The translations under genes were made by a program, and so were the position numbers. Under the pieces are notes generated by a model, which did not search any database, was not told the DNA's origin, and saw only the letters and a program-made list of their open reading frames with translations. 64,000 nucleotides of DNA, from positions 111,709,301 through 111,773,300 of the forward strand of contig NC_068986.1 in the NCBI RefSeq assembly GCF_001194135.2, written 5' to 3'. This document shows positions 1-11,100 of this stretch, in pieces (positions within the stretch are counted from its first letter, which is position 1; each line of letters starts with the position of its first letter). Source of the stretch: Octopus bimaculoides (Eukaryota).

Positions 1-137
1 AAAAATCAATTTATGATCTTGCATAAAAGACGGAAATCAAGTAACTCTACAACAGAAATTTAAAACCACGATATAAAACCATAGACTTTTCTAACGGTGA
101 TTCTACACAAGAATGGCTATCTTGTAAGCGGCATAAA

Positions 138-295
138 CGCAGGCAAGTTGCAGACTTTGCTCCACAACCTCAAGAATCTAGGTACTGTCCCACAACGTGG
201 CAAACAGGGTGTGTGTATTCTATTAAAGCGTCGGGCCGACAAAATGCATGGGAGTGGATTTGGTAGACGGAAAGTAAAATAATCCCTTCTTGTAT
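138..295 (+). mobile_element. Diverged tRNA-derived SINE, 5' part (same family as 51853-51967 and 27820-27886)
   Basis: cccacaacgtggca...ttctattaaagcgtcgggccgacaaaa aligns by eye with ccccactgcgtggca...ttctactatagccacaggccgacgaaag at 51910-51967. gagtggatttggtagacggaaa matches gagtagatttggtagaaagaa at 27855-27875. Confidence 0.65.
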
Positions 296-324
296 CTCTC
301 TCTCTCTCTCTCTCTCTTTATATA

Positions 325-428
325 TAAAGGCTTTCTCTATTCCCGAGCGTTAAACTAATACATCCCTTTGTTGTTTACACCACCTGTCCTCGTCTGTTGT
401 TTTTTTCGTAAATTTTCCCATATATATA
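325..428 (+). mobile_element. 3' part of a short dispersed element ending in (TA)n (also at 43070-43257 and 57241-57370)
   Basis: gagcgttaaactaatacatccctttgttgtttacaccacctgtcctcg matches gagcgttatactaatacatctgtttgttttctacaccacctgtcttcg at ~43163-43210. Confidence 0.7.
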
Positions 429-490
429 NNNNNNNNNNNNNNNNNNNNNNNNNNNNNNNNNNNNNNNNNNNNNNNNNNNNNNNNNNNNNN

Positions 491-518
<28 letters not shown>

Positions 519-523
<5 letters not shown>

Positions 524-731
524 TATAATTAAAAACACAATTATAATTAGAGGTCAGCTAATTGCTTCACCACATACCGAATTTTGAAATACGAGATAAA
601 AAATCCTTTTGTATTAACGTAAGATTCTTACGGTAATAGAAAAGGAATTTTTAACTCCTATTTCTAAATTCGGTATGTGGTGAAGCAATTAGCTGACTCC
701 TAATTATAATTGTGTTTATAAATATAGAATA
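519..731. repeat. ~213-bp imperfect palindrome (fold-back / MITE-like)
   Basis: The left arm aaacacaattataattagaggtcagctaattgcttcaccacataccgaattttgaaata is the near-exact reverse complement of tatttctaaattcggtatgtggtgaagcaattagctgactcctaattataattgtgttt. Symmetry continues to the centre gtaaga-t-tcttac at 625. Confidence 0.9.
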
Positions 732-838
732 TTTATGTAATTTTACCTAAAATGTTTATTTTAAAATACCGATCTACTTACTAACATTATTAATTAACTA
801 TTGAATAATTAATTAATTTTACCCTTATATTATTAATA

Positions 839-840
<2 letters not shown>

Positions 841-894
<54 letters not shown>
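841..894. repeat. (CA)n microsatellite
   Basis: Pure AC dinucleotide run. Confidence 0.97.
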
Positions 895-896
<2 letters not shown>

Positions 897-929
897 ATGT
901 ATGTGTATTTGTATGTATACACATGTTTG

Positions 930-1090
930 TCTATGTCTGAGTGTGTGTGTGTCTTTGAGTCGGCGTTTGTCCTTCACCACCTCTGAGCGACTGGTGTCGG
1001 TGCTGGGGTCGATTCGTTCGACTGAAATTTTATATGGTAATGCCCCAGCATGGTCGTAGTCTTATGATTCAAACAAACAATATATAAAAA
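930..1090 (+). mobile_element. Distal part/tail of a SINE
   Basis: ctggggtcgattcgttcgact resembles the ctggagtcga motif of the other SINE copies (55965, 57886). It is followed by ccccagcatggtcgtagtc and an A-rich end. Confidence 0.5.
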
Positions 1091-1339
1091 ATAAGAATTA
1101 AAAATAACAAAAAGAGATATCTCTGAAATATTTAGTCCATTAAACACTAGTTCAACGCGTGAGAAATACAGTTAGTACAGCTGAATGTCAAAATTCGAAC
1201 CAGAAATAGGGCTATTTCACATTTTCTATGTAATTGAAACTATATTTGAAACATTTAAATCCTTGCATGTCTATATATGAACGAAACAACAAATGAACAA
1301 TCTCGTGTCACTGCCGTTTTTAAAAGTAACTGACATAGA

Positions 1340-1600
1340 AATCTTTGCTTGATCATCTATTATGTAGTCTCAATGCATTACAATGCTTAGATATTGTTAT
1401 TCTATTAATACAGTCTCTGTTTCTGCGATCAGCATTTAAGAAATTATGAAGTCAGGATGAGATCCCTGACCTATTTATTATACAACATCCATAAGGCCTT
1501 TATATATTGTTTCCTAGTAAAAAAAATTGTCCGGGTTTAATGAAAAAAAATTCCTTCCATAAAACACGAGGCCATAAAATTGGTCAGAATTGTTACTATT
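1340..1600 (-). mobile_element. Possible highly decayed mariner transposase C-terminus
   Basis: Minus-strand patches read FFSLNPDNFFTRK and *DYIIDD, resembling the mariner end motif FFxxKPxxFY...GxYIID. Heavily interrupted. Confidence 0.25.
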
Positions 1601-2584
1601 CTTCGTTTGACTAATCCATTAAAATTCCATTAAAACAAAAGATCATCACGACTGGAGAATCTTTGATCATTCTTCCCCATGATATGAATTGACTTAGGAA
1701 AAGATGATCTCAACATTGACAAAACAGGACAAGTCTTTCAAATGAACTCTTCATGGTCACTGAGTCTACCAGAAGCAAAAGGCTGATTGCGTCTCAGTTA
1801 CAACCTATCTACTTAGAAAAGATGATTTGAATGGAATAGCTCCGGATAGCAAATGCGTAAAACCGATGGAATTTACATGACACCAATGTCTTTCATTGAA
1901 GGTCTACTTCATAATAGCTGACACAGAGTTAAGCAACGATAACAATAAAACGACATGCGCTACTATACTCATATCTACAATACTACACTGCACTGAGAAG
2001 TACTACAGTGTAGTAATATGCAATATGACATTAAAATACACTGCTATAGTAGCACCTATAGTACAGCAGTGTGTTTGAGATCACTACTACACAATGGCAA
2101 ATCAATAAAGTATCGCTCTGAAAGTGTTTTCTGCTGGCATGGATAGATGTATCGCATGTGGATGAACTGGGAATCGTAGGTCTCCGGAGATTTTGAAGAG
2201 GGATAAATAAGATAAAAGGCAGATGAAACTCAAAAGAACAGTATTAAAATCAAATTCGAGCTAACATATTAAATATAGTGAACCTCTACTAATTAAGAGA
2301 GTACTTGAACATAGTATTATGACTATAATTTGTATCATATCAGTAAGTTCACGAAGTATATATATNNNNNNNNNNNNNNNNNNNNNNNNNNNNNNNNNNN
2401 NNNNNNNNNNNNNNNNNNNNNNNNNNNNNNNNNNNNNNNNNNNNNNNNNNNNNNNNNNNNNNNNNGTTAAAGTGATACATTTTGAGAAAATATGGATAAT
2501 AATAAATGGAGCAAACGCATGTCGATGAAAGGTGTTACGACGATTACACCAACCTCAGAACACACTTATTTTACCGTTTCCGAA

Positions 2585-2650
2585 ATGATAAAAGCTAAAG
2601 TCGACCACGGCGGAATTTCAACACAGAACGTAAAGACATACAAAAAGCCG
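2585..2650 (-). mobile_element. SINE fragment (family of 55815-56010)
   Basis: aaagtcgaccacggcggaatttcaacacagaacgtaa is the reverse complement of the B-box region ttacgttctgagttcaaatcccgccgatgtcaacttt. Confidence 0.7.
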
Positions 2651-3186
2651 CTTAACATTTTGGAGAGTCCGAAATTGGCTGACCTGGCGGAAACTTGTTA
2701 ATCACTATCAATGCTATTCATGTTAAATCATAATATTTTTTTACTCTTCAAACAGTATTGAGTTATCAGTTTAATGTAAATTTACTTTTGTTACAAACTA
2801 CATAAAAAAGCAAATATTGGTATGTATGAGTGTGTGTGTTTACTTCTATATGTGAGTGAGTACACACGCGCGCTCACACGCACACACGCACATGTATGCA
2901 TTTTTATCTCTATATATTAATTCTATTCCAATGTAAAATTGTTCCACGTCTTTCTTTATTTAAATAGATGCATGCATGTTTAAATATACGTATATTGAGG
3001 TTCATACACAAGAGCATATTAGTTGTGTACGTATGTGTTTGTGAGTGTGCCCGTGCGTTTATGAAAGAGAGAGAGTGAGAGAGAGAAAGAGAGAATGTGT
3101 TTTTGTGTGTGTGAATGTACGTGTGAATGTAATCGATGTTATTCTTTCCACAGATTTGTATATGCATAGTTGCACATTCACACACG

Positions 3187-3229
<43 letters not shown>

Positions 3230-4274
3230 ACACACACAACCGTATAATTTTCAGAATGTGGTACTGAGCACGAACTCATATTCCTTCGGACAGCTCTGCA
3301 TTGTCTTGTCATGCAGAGAGCCGCAATAACAAGTCCTCACAAACGCAACTTGTTCCTAATCTTCTTGAAGACAATATAACAGGAAGTCATAACAGAAACT
3401 TGATGCTTTAATGGTAGGGTGTCGTTACCAATAACATTATATTTTCGAATGTCTTTAATTACCGATTAGAAGCATAGTTTTAATCAATAACTGAACACAA
3501 CATTTCTATAAACAAAACTGCTTGCACTTGAAATCTTCTTTGTGTGCTCTAACACGAATTTCGATAGCTCCACCACGACGAAGAATTGCCAATGATTCTC
3601 ATAGAATTAATGTATTGTTTGTTAGACAAATCAAATGAAGCTGTTCGTGTGAAATACTATAACGACAAAGCAGGCAATTCTTTCCATTGCAACACGTTGT
3701 TATTTTAGTCCACGTATTTAGCTGAATGTTATGCTCCGCGATGTCTATTGTTTGTTATAAGTACTCAGAAAACGTTAAATTATAATACTAACTTTTAATA
3801 AAAGAGAATGGTGATGGGGAAACAGCTCCATCACTGAAGCAAACTGATGAAACTGCAGTCACAAACACAAATCTATTACTTTTAATCACATTTATGCAAT
3901 GACCAAATTTTGTTGGTTAAATATATAAATGCTCACCACTCTCCATGTCTTTAAGTTTGTTTAGATACGCATGCGTTTATGCTCATTTATAAAGTATGTG
4001 CATCCGGTCAGATATTTAGTACGTTCGTCTCATTATCATAAAATCTTTCTTTTAATTAGTTGACTGGTCAGCGCGTATGTCTTGGGTGGCGCGTTGGGCA
4101 ACGTGTTGACTGGGTAACGTGCAATGCAAAATATTTAACGCAACACTTGTATACCCGACCCGAATGTTTATCAGCTTAGTGTTTGGAAAGCTAGTAAGAT
4201 ACGGGCTATCAATGAAACTCACATACATCTGTTATTCCCGTGTGTTTGTATAATATATGAATTTGCATACACAC

Positions 4275-4335
4275 ACACGCACACGCACACGCACACGCAC
4301 ACGCACACGCACACGCACACGCACACGCACACGCA
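4275..4335. repeat. (ACACGC)n hexanucleotide microsatellite
   Basis: About 10 consecutive gcacac units. Confidence 0.95.
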
Positions 4336-4937
4336 CACACATATATACATGTATGCATATAATCATATCTTTATACATATAACGCACAAAAAAAGATACC
4401 TTTATGTGCAAGTGAGCGTGTGTGTGTGTGTATGTATGTGTGTGTACACTAGACACAATGGAGTTAGACACCCTGTATAATTTATAAAGCTATAGTTCGC
4501 GAAATATCCTGACATTTCGCTACTTACGATTTGACGGTTGTCCTACCTAATACACCATAAAAATAATCTTTACTTCTAAGAAAATAATTCAGGCAATTCT
4601 GGGTGATTCAAACTCGTTTAGTATTTCTTCAATCCTCTTATACATTATTTCGCAATCACCGCCCACTTGCCCCTGTCATTCCCCTCACACGAAGAAATAC
4701 AATCATCCACTCACACACACTGCCTTACATTCCACCGTCTATATTGGCATACGTTTATGCACATCGTACGTGTGTGATAAATTCCACACTAAGTTTTGTT
4801 GACTTAAATAAACTTGGACTGTTCTGTTTGACAGGTTAATTTACTTGGAAAGCTCTGTTTTCCAATATAAAACAAGAGGCTAATGACAATGGGCCAAACT
4901 AACTGACTGATTCCCATTAATTCTTCTCTCTACACAG

Positions 4938-5015
4938 GAATCAGCAAATGTTTCCTGGAATTTATTTAGTCTGACAATCTATTTTTACACAAGCATCAAC
5001 TTAACTCTAGATACA
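4938..5015 (+). CDS. Candidate isolated 78-nt exon (ESANVSWNLFSLTIYFYTSINLTLDT), phase 0-0
   Basis: Acceptor ttcttctctctacacag with upstream ctaac/ctgac branch-like motifs, donor ACA|gtaaat, open frame. No homology recognised. Confidence 0.2.
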
Positions 5016-5578
5016 GTAAATATTTTTCTTTATTTCAACCTTTAGAAGACTTTCATAAATTTTGATTTCCTTGTTTTTCCAATTCCTACTCTTTCAATCA
5101 AGTTAATTTAAATATTTAATAATACAACTAAGAAATCTTTTGTTGCAACGTCAATTTTAGTATCATTAATATTGAAATTCCGTTTTTCGATCGTTACATT
5201 ATATATCACGAGACGAGTGTTTGAGTAAAAGCCTGGTGTGGCATTGCATGGAGAATGGTAAAACAGCGTTCAGAATATAGCAACGATATGAGAATCTATA
5301 AATCTAATAAATGACAATTGGTTCTTACGGGAATACTATATGAACATCTGATAATATATGAATAAGTATTTGCATTGATTCGAACTATCTGAAATCTAAA
5401 GATTCTCTCGAGTTTCGCTTTAATTTACTGTCATCCGGACTCATTCGGTTATTTCCTAACTTCGTCTTCTTATGCTCGAGTAATTTTAATCGCATTTATA
5501 TTGCATTAATCATGTGTCTTAAGCTGTACTTTATTCCTTAAGATAACCTTAAGTTCTAGCTATAACATTCTTACTTAC

Positions 5579-5624
5579 CGTATTTCTTCACCGTTTTCAA
5601 AGTTCCTTTTCTTGTTTCGTTTCT
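5579..5624 (-). CDS. Candidate isolated 46-nt exon (KRNKKRNFENGEEI or RNETRKGTLKTVKKY)
   Basis: Minus-strand acceptor atttgtttgcag and consensus donor ACG|gtaagt; two frames are open. No homology recognised. Confidence 0.28.
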
Positions 5625-5863
5625 CTGCAAACAAATATTGGTAATCTAATGGATATTATAACACATGAGAAGGATTTCTATAATTGAAGCTCCATGAAAC
5701 TGAGAGATATGTCACTACTGTAGAGATAGATTAATGTTGGACAGTTGTATAAAGACGGAATGGAGTAAAGGGATTTCAGCTTGGCTTCCTCCAGGCATTT
5801 ACACTGAAATACATTCATATATACATAGACATATATACGTGCGTATATGTGTATATATCTATG

Positions 5864-5896
<33 letters not shown>

Positions 5897-6864
5897 NNNN
5901 NNNNNNNNNNNNNNNNNNNNNNNNNNNNNNNNNNNNNNNNNNNNNNNNNNNNNNNNNNNNNNNNNNNNNNNNNNNNNNNNNNNNNNNNNNNNNNNNNNNN
6001 NNNNNNNNNNNNNNNNNNNNNNNNNNNNNNNNNNNNNNNNNNNNNNNNNNNNNNNNNNNNNNNNNNNNNNNNNNNNNNNNNNNNNNNNNNNNNNNNNNNN
6101 NNNNNNNNNNNNNNNNNNNNNNNNNNNNNNNNNNNNNNNNNNNNNNNNNNNNNNNNNNNNNNNNNNNNNNNNNNNNNNNNNNNNNNNNNNNNNNNNNNNN
6201 NNNNNNNNNNNNNNNNNNNNNNNNNNNNNNNNNNNNNNNNNNNNNNNNNNNNNNNNNNNNNNNNNNNNNNNNNNNNNNNNNNNNNNNNNNNNNNNNNNNN
6301 NNNNNNNNNNNNNNNNNNNNNNNNNNNNNNNNNNNNNNNNNNNNNNNNNNNNNNNNNNNNNNNNNNNNNNNNNNNNNNNNNNNNNNNNNNNNNNNNNNNN
6401 NNNNNNNNNNNNNNNNNNNNNNNNNNNNNNNNNNNNNNNNNNNNNNNNNNNNNNNNNNNNNNNNNNNNNNNNNNNNNNNNNNNNNNNNNNNNNNNNNNNN
6501 NNNNNNNNNNNNNNNNNNNNNNNNNNNNNNNNNNNNNNNNNNNNNNNNNNNNNNNNNNNNNNNNNNNNNNNNNNNNNNNNNNNNNNNNNNNNNNNNNNNN
6601 NNNNNNNNNNNNNNNNNNNNNNNNNNNNNNNNNNNNNNNNNNNNNNNNNNNNNNNNNNNNNNNNNNNNNNNNNNNNNNNNNNNNNNNNNNNNNNNNNNNN
6701 NNNNNNNNNNNNNNNNNNNNNNNNNNNNNNNNNNNNNNNNNNNNNNNNNNNNNNNNNNNNNNNNNNNNNNNNNNNNNNNNNNNNNNNNNNNNNNNNNNNN
6801 NNNNNNNNNNNNNNNNNNNNNNNNNNNNNNNNNNNNNNNNNNNNNNNNNNNNNNNNNNNNNNNN
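5897..6864. other. Assembly gap (one of 16 N-runs, most flanked by (TA)n/(CA)n/(GA)n)
   Basis: Direct. Other gaps start at 429, 2366, 7643, 18125, 18700, 23685, 34727, 40907, 43258, 47287, 51968, 53714, 57410, 60337 and 62474. Confidence 0.99.
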
Positions 6865-7679
6865 ATATATATATGACCATCATTGCGCGTGCGTGATTAT
6901 ATGTTTGTGTATTCAAAGATGGCGCATGAGAACGTGAGAAACGAGGCGTTAGAGATGTGCCTTGTCAACTGCTTATCTAATAAAAGACTCCCTGCTTGAA
7001 TTAGAGTATGAAATGGCTGAATACTCCACAGACAAGTGTACTCTTAATGCTACACTCAAATTTCATTGGTTAGATACATCATCCGACGTTTTTCCACGCT
7101 GCATCCATCAACTCAGTTTCTCTCTCCGTGTGGGATTCAAGGTGAGACACTACAGTAAAAAACCCTTGCCCCATTGCGCCTCGCAGCTGGATCTACACGT
7201 GAGCTTCTGAATTATGCGGCTCCCTACAACGAAGCATACTGGGAAACACTACACAGAAATATGTTCACGTACATATGCATTTTAATATTCTAAATGCATT
7301 TATCAATATCTTCGTGATCAAACTAATGAAAGAGCCTCTTCAGTGTTGCTGGACATGCAAGAAATCTTCCATTAGTAACTTGATGCCGTCTTGAATTGAG
7401 AGTCATACTGGACAGTGGTATCTTTGACACTAACGGAACTGTTTGATTCAGCCGAAAAACTTTTTTGTTAATAGACCAGGCAGATTGTGCTTGATGCTAC
7501 GATAAACACAAAAAACATCAACAATAACAACAAGAATTCCTATAGGACGTATGCCAACAAGATATGTAGTGGTACAACCTTTTTCAGATTCTTTTATCTC
7601 TGCCATCAAAGTGTTAGTATATATATATATATATATATATATNNNNNNNNNNNNNNNNNNNTATATATATAATCTAAAG

Positions 7680-8462
7680 TAACAGTTTTAAAGAAATACC
7701 GTCGGTTTCATATCTAGCGTGAACTAGGCATATCTTCAGTTTCTCTAAACGATAACTGTTCTCTGCAAAGAATGATTTAAAAAAAAAACACAAGGACACC
7801 ATTGATAGTTTAAGAATTATTCCGCTTAAAATTTATGGCCAGACAAGTTGTATATCTCCGCTTGATAGCTAGTTTTTCCAGTTTAGAAGTAAACATTTCC
7901 GAAAATGTGGACATCTCCTGCGGCTTCCGTCCTGGAGTTCAGGTATCCTCCTGGCTCATGTCAGTTCTTTCTTCCATACAAAATTTACATACACTTGTTC
8001 CATTGCGATAGGGTCCACACGTTTCTAGTAATTTCTACATGATGTTGAAGGGCGTATGTTCGGCCTTTAGGCGCCATACGTTTGCTGCGAGTTGCGTCTC
8101 TCCGGTACCCTGAAAGAAGGGTCTGTGGTTGTTCAGGAGAATTTTTAATTTGGATTCACGAGATCTGACATGACTTTTAGTGTGTGTCCCTGTCTTGGCA
8201 TTTTTGTTACTGTTAATTGTGCTGCTTCTGTTTGACGCTACATTTGCTTGGTACACTGTAGCCTCGGAGTTGCATCGGCCGTCCACTGGACATTCATTTC
8301 TAATCCTGCCTGAACAACCTGCCTCTGTCCGTGCTAGATAATTTTTTTTTTAACATTGAGTGCACAACGGAAAGAGATTCTTAACTTATGTCTGTTAAAG
8401 ATCTTTCCATATTTGTGTGATCGCGGGAAATGCTTATCGACCATCCTAAGAAAAAATCTAGC
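7680..8462 (-). mobile_element. 5'-truncated Penelope-like element: linker plus GIY-YIG endonuclease region (pseudogenised) and 3' terminal region
   Basis: Minus-strand translation RFFLRMVDKHFPRSHKYGKIFNRHKLRISFRC...GCSGRIRNECPVDGRCNSEATVYQANV...NHRPFFQGTGETQLAANVWRLKAEHTPFNIM*KLLETCGPYRNGTSVCKFCMEE. This matches the PLE pattern FLxLIDKHFP..HKIFNR..CxC....CP..G.C....VYQA.V...NH..SF...T.L...W.LK...PY......C.LC..E. Confidence 0.9.
7687..7749 (-). ncRNA. Minimal type I hammerhead ribozyme motif in the PLE 3' terminal region
   Basis: Minus strand: UUUAGAGAAA [stem I] CUGAAGA U AUGCCUAG-UUCACG-CUAGAUAU [stem II] GAAA CCG-A-CGG UA | UUUCUUUAAA [stem I']. Stem I has 10 bp (one G-U); the predicted cleavage triplet is GUA, cutting between 7697 and 7696. 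Confidence 0.78.
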
Positions 8463-8559
8463 TACGCATGTCCGGAAGACGGGGAAGTGAGAGAAGCGAG
8501 CCATATGGTCTTGCGGTGACGTTTATTTTTGTGGTTGCTCGATCCTGGTGCATATACTA

Positions 8560-8680
8560 ATTCCGCTGAGGTCGACTTTACCTTTCATCCTTTCGAGGTC
8601 GATAAATTAAGTACCATTTGCGTACTGCGGTAGATCTAATCGACTGGCCGCCTCCATCAAACATTCGTGCTTTGTCTTAG
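8560..8680 (+). mobile_element. SINE body (family of 55815-56010)
   Basis: aattccgctgaggtcgactttacctttcatcctttcgaggtcgataaattaagtacca. Confidence 0.85.
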
Positions 8681-8804
8681 AGTAGAAAAACATATTTTTA
8701 TATGTCAAAATCTCCGCCAGATCCTTAGCACACCAGTTCAAATAGCCGAAGCTGTAACAACCCGGCTATTTCGGTACCTCTCAATATTTGACATATCAGT
8801 TTCG

Positions 8805-8935
8805 CCGAGGTCGACATTGCCTTTCATCATCTTTTCAGGGTCGATAAAATAAGTGCCATTTGAATACTGGTATGGATATAATCGACTTACCTTCTCCTTC
8901 GAAATTATTGTTCTTGTTCGAAAATTTGAAACCAT
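8805..8935 (+). mobile_element. SINE body, second copy in direct orientation
   Basis: cgccgaggtcgacattgcctttcatc...gggtcgataaaataagtgcca...gatataatcgacttac. Confidence 0.85.
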
Positions 8936-9579
8936 TAAATGACTTATCAAATTCCTCTGTTAAAATGTCAAAAATTGCATAAATGTATTTTTTAGTGCAT
9001 CAGCCGTAGCCTGTCATACATTATTTATCGCTGTGTACAGATAAAGCTGTATATTAAATACAAGAGTGTGACAAGAGTAAATGATTACGATAGAAATATA
9101 AATTATTCCATCAAATTCCTGTAATTCTCTATTTCATTCCAACTGGGTATATTTTAATTCTATGAATAAACAAGAAACGAAAATAAAACAAAGGAAAAAT
9201 ATTAATAGGGTTCGTGAGAAGGAAAGGGGAGACTGAGATATAGATATGCATACTCAAACGCCTACATGTGTTTTCATGTAGGTTTATATTGCGTTTTTTT
9301 GTCAGCACATGTGTGTACGCTTGCGCGCGTGTTCGCTCGTGTATGTGTTTGCAGTACTGAGTCACGTGGCAAAATTCTAAAATCACTGATCGAAGTATCT
9401 TCATCTAACTGTTGTTAGATGTAGGCATTTCCTAGATATTGCGACTTACTCTGGTGTTGCTCTTGTCTATGGCTTCATAATTCGCACCCTCAATTTATTC
9501 AGTCCCACATCGTTGTCCTGAAATTCAAAATACATGAGTTTTTATTCGTATCTGTATTATACGGCTATGGTTTAAAAGA

Positions 9580-9621
9580 AAATTATTGAGGTCAAATTAT
9601 TGAGGTCAAATTATTGAGGTC
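9580..9621. repeat. Perfect 14-bp tandem repeat x3 (AAATTATTGAGGTC)
   Basis: Units at 9580, 9594 and 9608. Confidence 0.95.
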
Positions 9622-9624
9622 AAT

Positions 9625-9729
9625 GTAACTATAAACAAAGTAACTATAAACAAAGTAACTATAAACAAAGTAACTATAAACAAAGTAACTATAAACAAAG
9701 TAACTATAAACAAAGTAACTATAAACAAA
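9625..9729. repeat. Perfect 15-bp minisatellite x7 (GTAACTATAAACAAA)
   Basis: Seven identical units from 9625 to 9729. Confidence 0.97.
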
Positions 9730-10345
9730 GAACTAGGTTGAACGTAGTCAAAACATGGCAATTGGCAGAATGCCAGAAGGACACTTTATGACAGAAAAAG
9801 AAGTTAATAATTACTCATTCTGTTTGTAGTACCATCTACGTGGACCCATATAGAAATATTTTTCGTGTAAAATTTCAACATATATCGTCCACATTCAGCA
9901 TATATAGAGTTGGATTCCCAAAGTTGCTGAGCCTAGCTTCGTTTATAATTTCTGTGTTTCAAGTCGCTTAGTCTCAAGTCCATTCTATTGCAATCGCTCA
10001 TGTGACATTTCTTATTACACTTCGACAGTTTCTGTGCCATCTAGAATTTCCGTGACACATGTTTGCCTCTGCATTCAATATTGAGGTGTCTCTTCCATCA
10101 ACATAATATTAAGTTCAAGTGAGATATCGAAATGTTTTTCTAATGGAGTGTATATTCAATAAATGTTTATGACTGTCACATACGGTTGAAAGACCTGGAA
10201 TCTGTAGAAAGAAAAAAAGAGAACTAATCGCAGCTGCAAACTAAGAGCAATGCAACGCGCTCATGGCAGGATTATGCTCGACATCACATGTTAAATTTAT
10301 TTTATTTAAAATTATATACCAGAGAGAATACGGAATACGCATACA

Positions 10346-10390
<45 letters not shown>

Positions 10391-11100
10391 ATGTATGTAT
10401 GTATGTATGTATGTATGAAATAAAATCTCCAAACTATGTTGATGTGTTGTTAATGTAATTTGATACTGAAAGCCGTTGAGTGTAATATTTTCAAATCAAA
10501 TGACGAATCTGGAGATGATTGATATGAAAATATGATATATATTCATAATGTTCAGCAGGGAGTAATCAGTATTTACAATTCTATTGAATGCTCTGTGAAT
10601 ATCAAATAGTGAAGTCTTTGTAGCAAGATAATATGAAATTATAGCCTTAACCATTGTTTGTAAATCAAACATAATATTTAGCTAAATATGTTATTTTTCT
10701 TTTACTGCTGTTGTTTCTTGTTGTCATATAGAGATAGCAATGATTAGATTTCTGTTTAAAATTCACCGTCATTCGGTACTCTAGATAGAGTGCAATTCTA
10801 CTGCATTAAATGGAGATAGAAATACAATGGAGCCAATATAGGGTTAGTATAAAAATAGTGCAATATTTTATATAGTCACATGCATATTAAAACTCATATT
10901 TATTATAGAGAAAACATAGTGAAAACCAGTAGTACACGCTGCTTAGATTTGTGTCTAACATCGCAAACTAGAAGAGCAAAATGCACACAGAAACGACATG
11001 ACAGGATGCTAAATAGTATTTGAACGACGCTACACCATATCCACCCGAAAGAAGAACTTGAATTCCGTTTGCTATGAGAGATTTCGCTCTAAATATTATG

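Noticed and set aside
1896-2095. 60-aa ORF with repetitive TAC/CAG pattern (similar texture at 32040-32420)
   Set aside because: Degenerate low-complexity satellite, not coding.
3834-3860. Hammerhead-like string CUGAAGC-aaacugau-GAAAC-UGCA-GUC
   Set aside because: A9 is mismatched, stem II cannot form, and the flanks do not pair as stem I.
5678-6937. Long ORFs (350-412 aa) here and similar ones at 18563-19829, 23555-24355, 43161-43723, 51883-52518 and 62368-63044
   Set aside because: They are open only because they run through N-gaps and (TA)n/(CA)n repeats.
9580-9729. CRISPR-like array
   Set aside because: Repeats are directly adjacent with no unique spacers; eukaryotic context, no cas genes.
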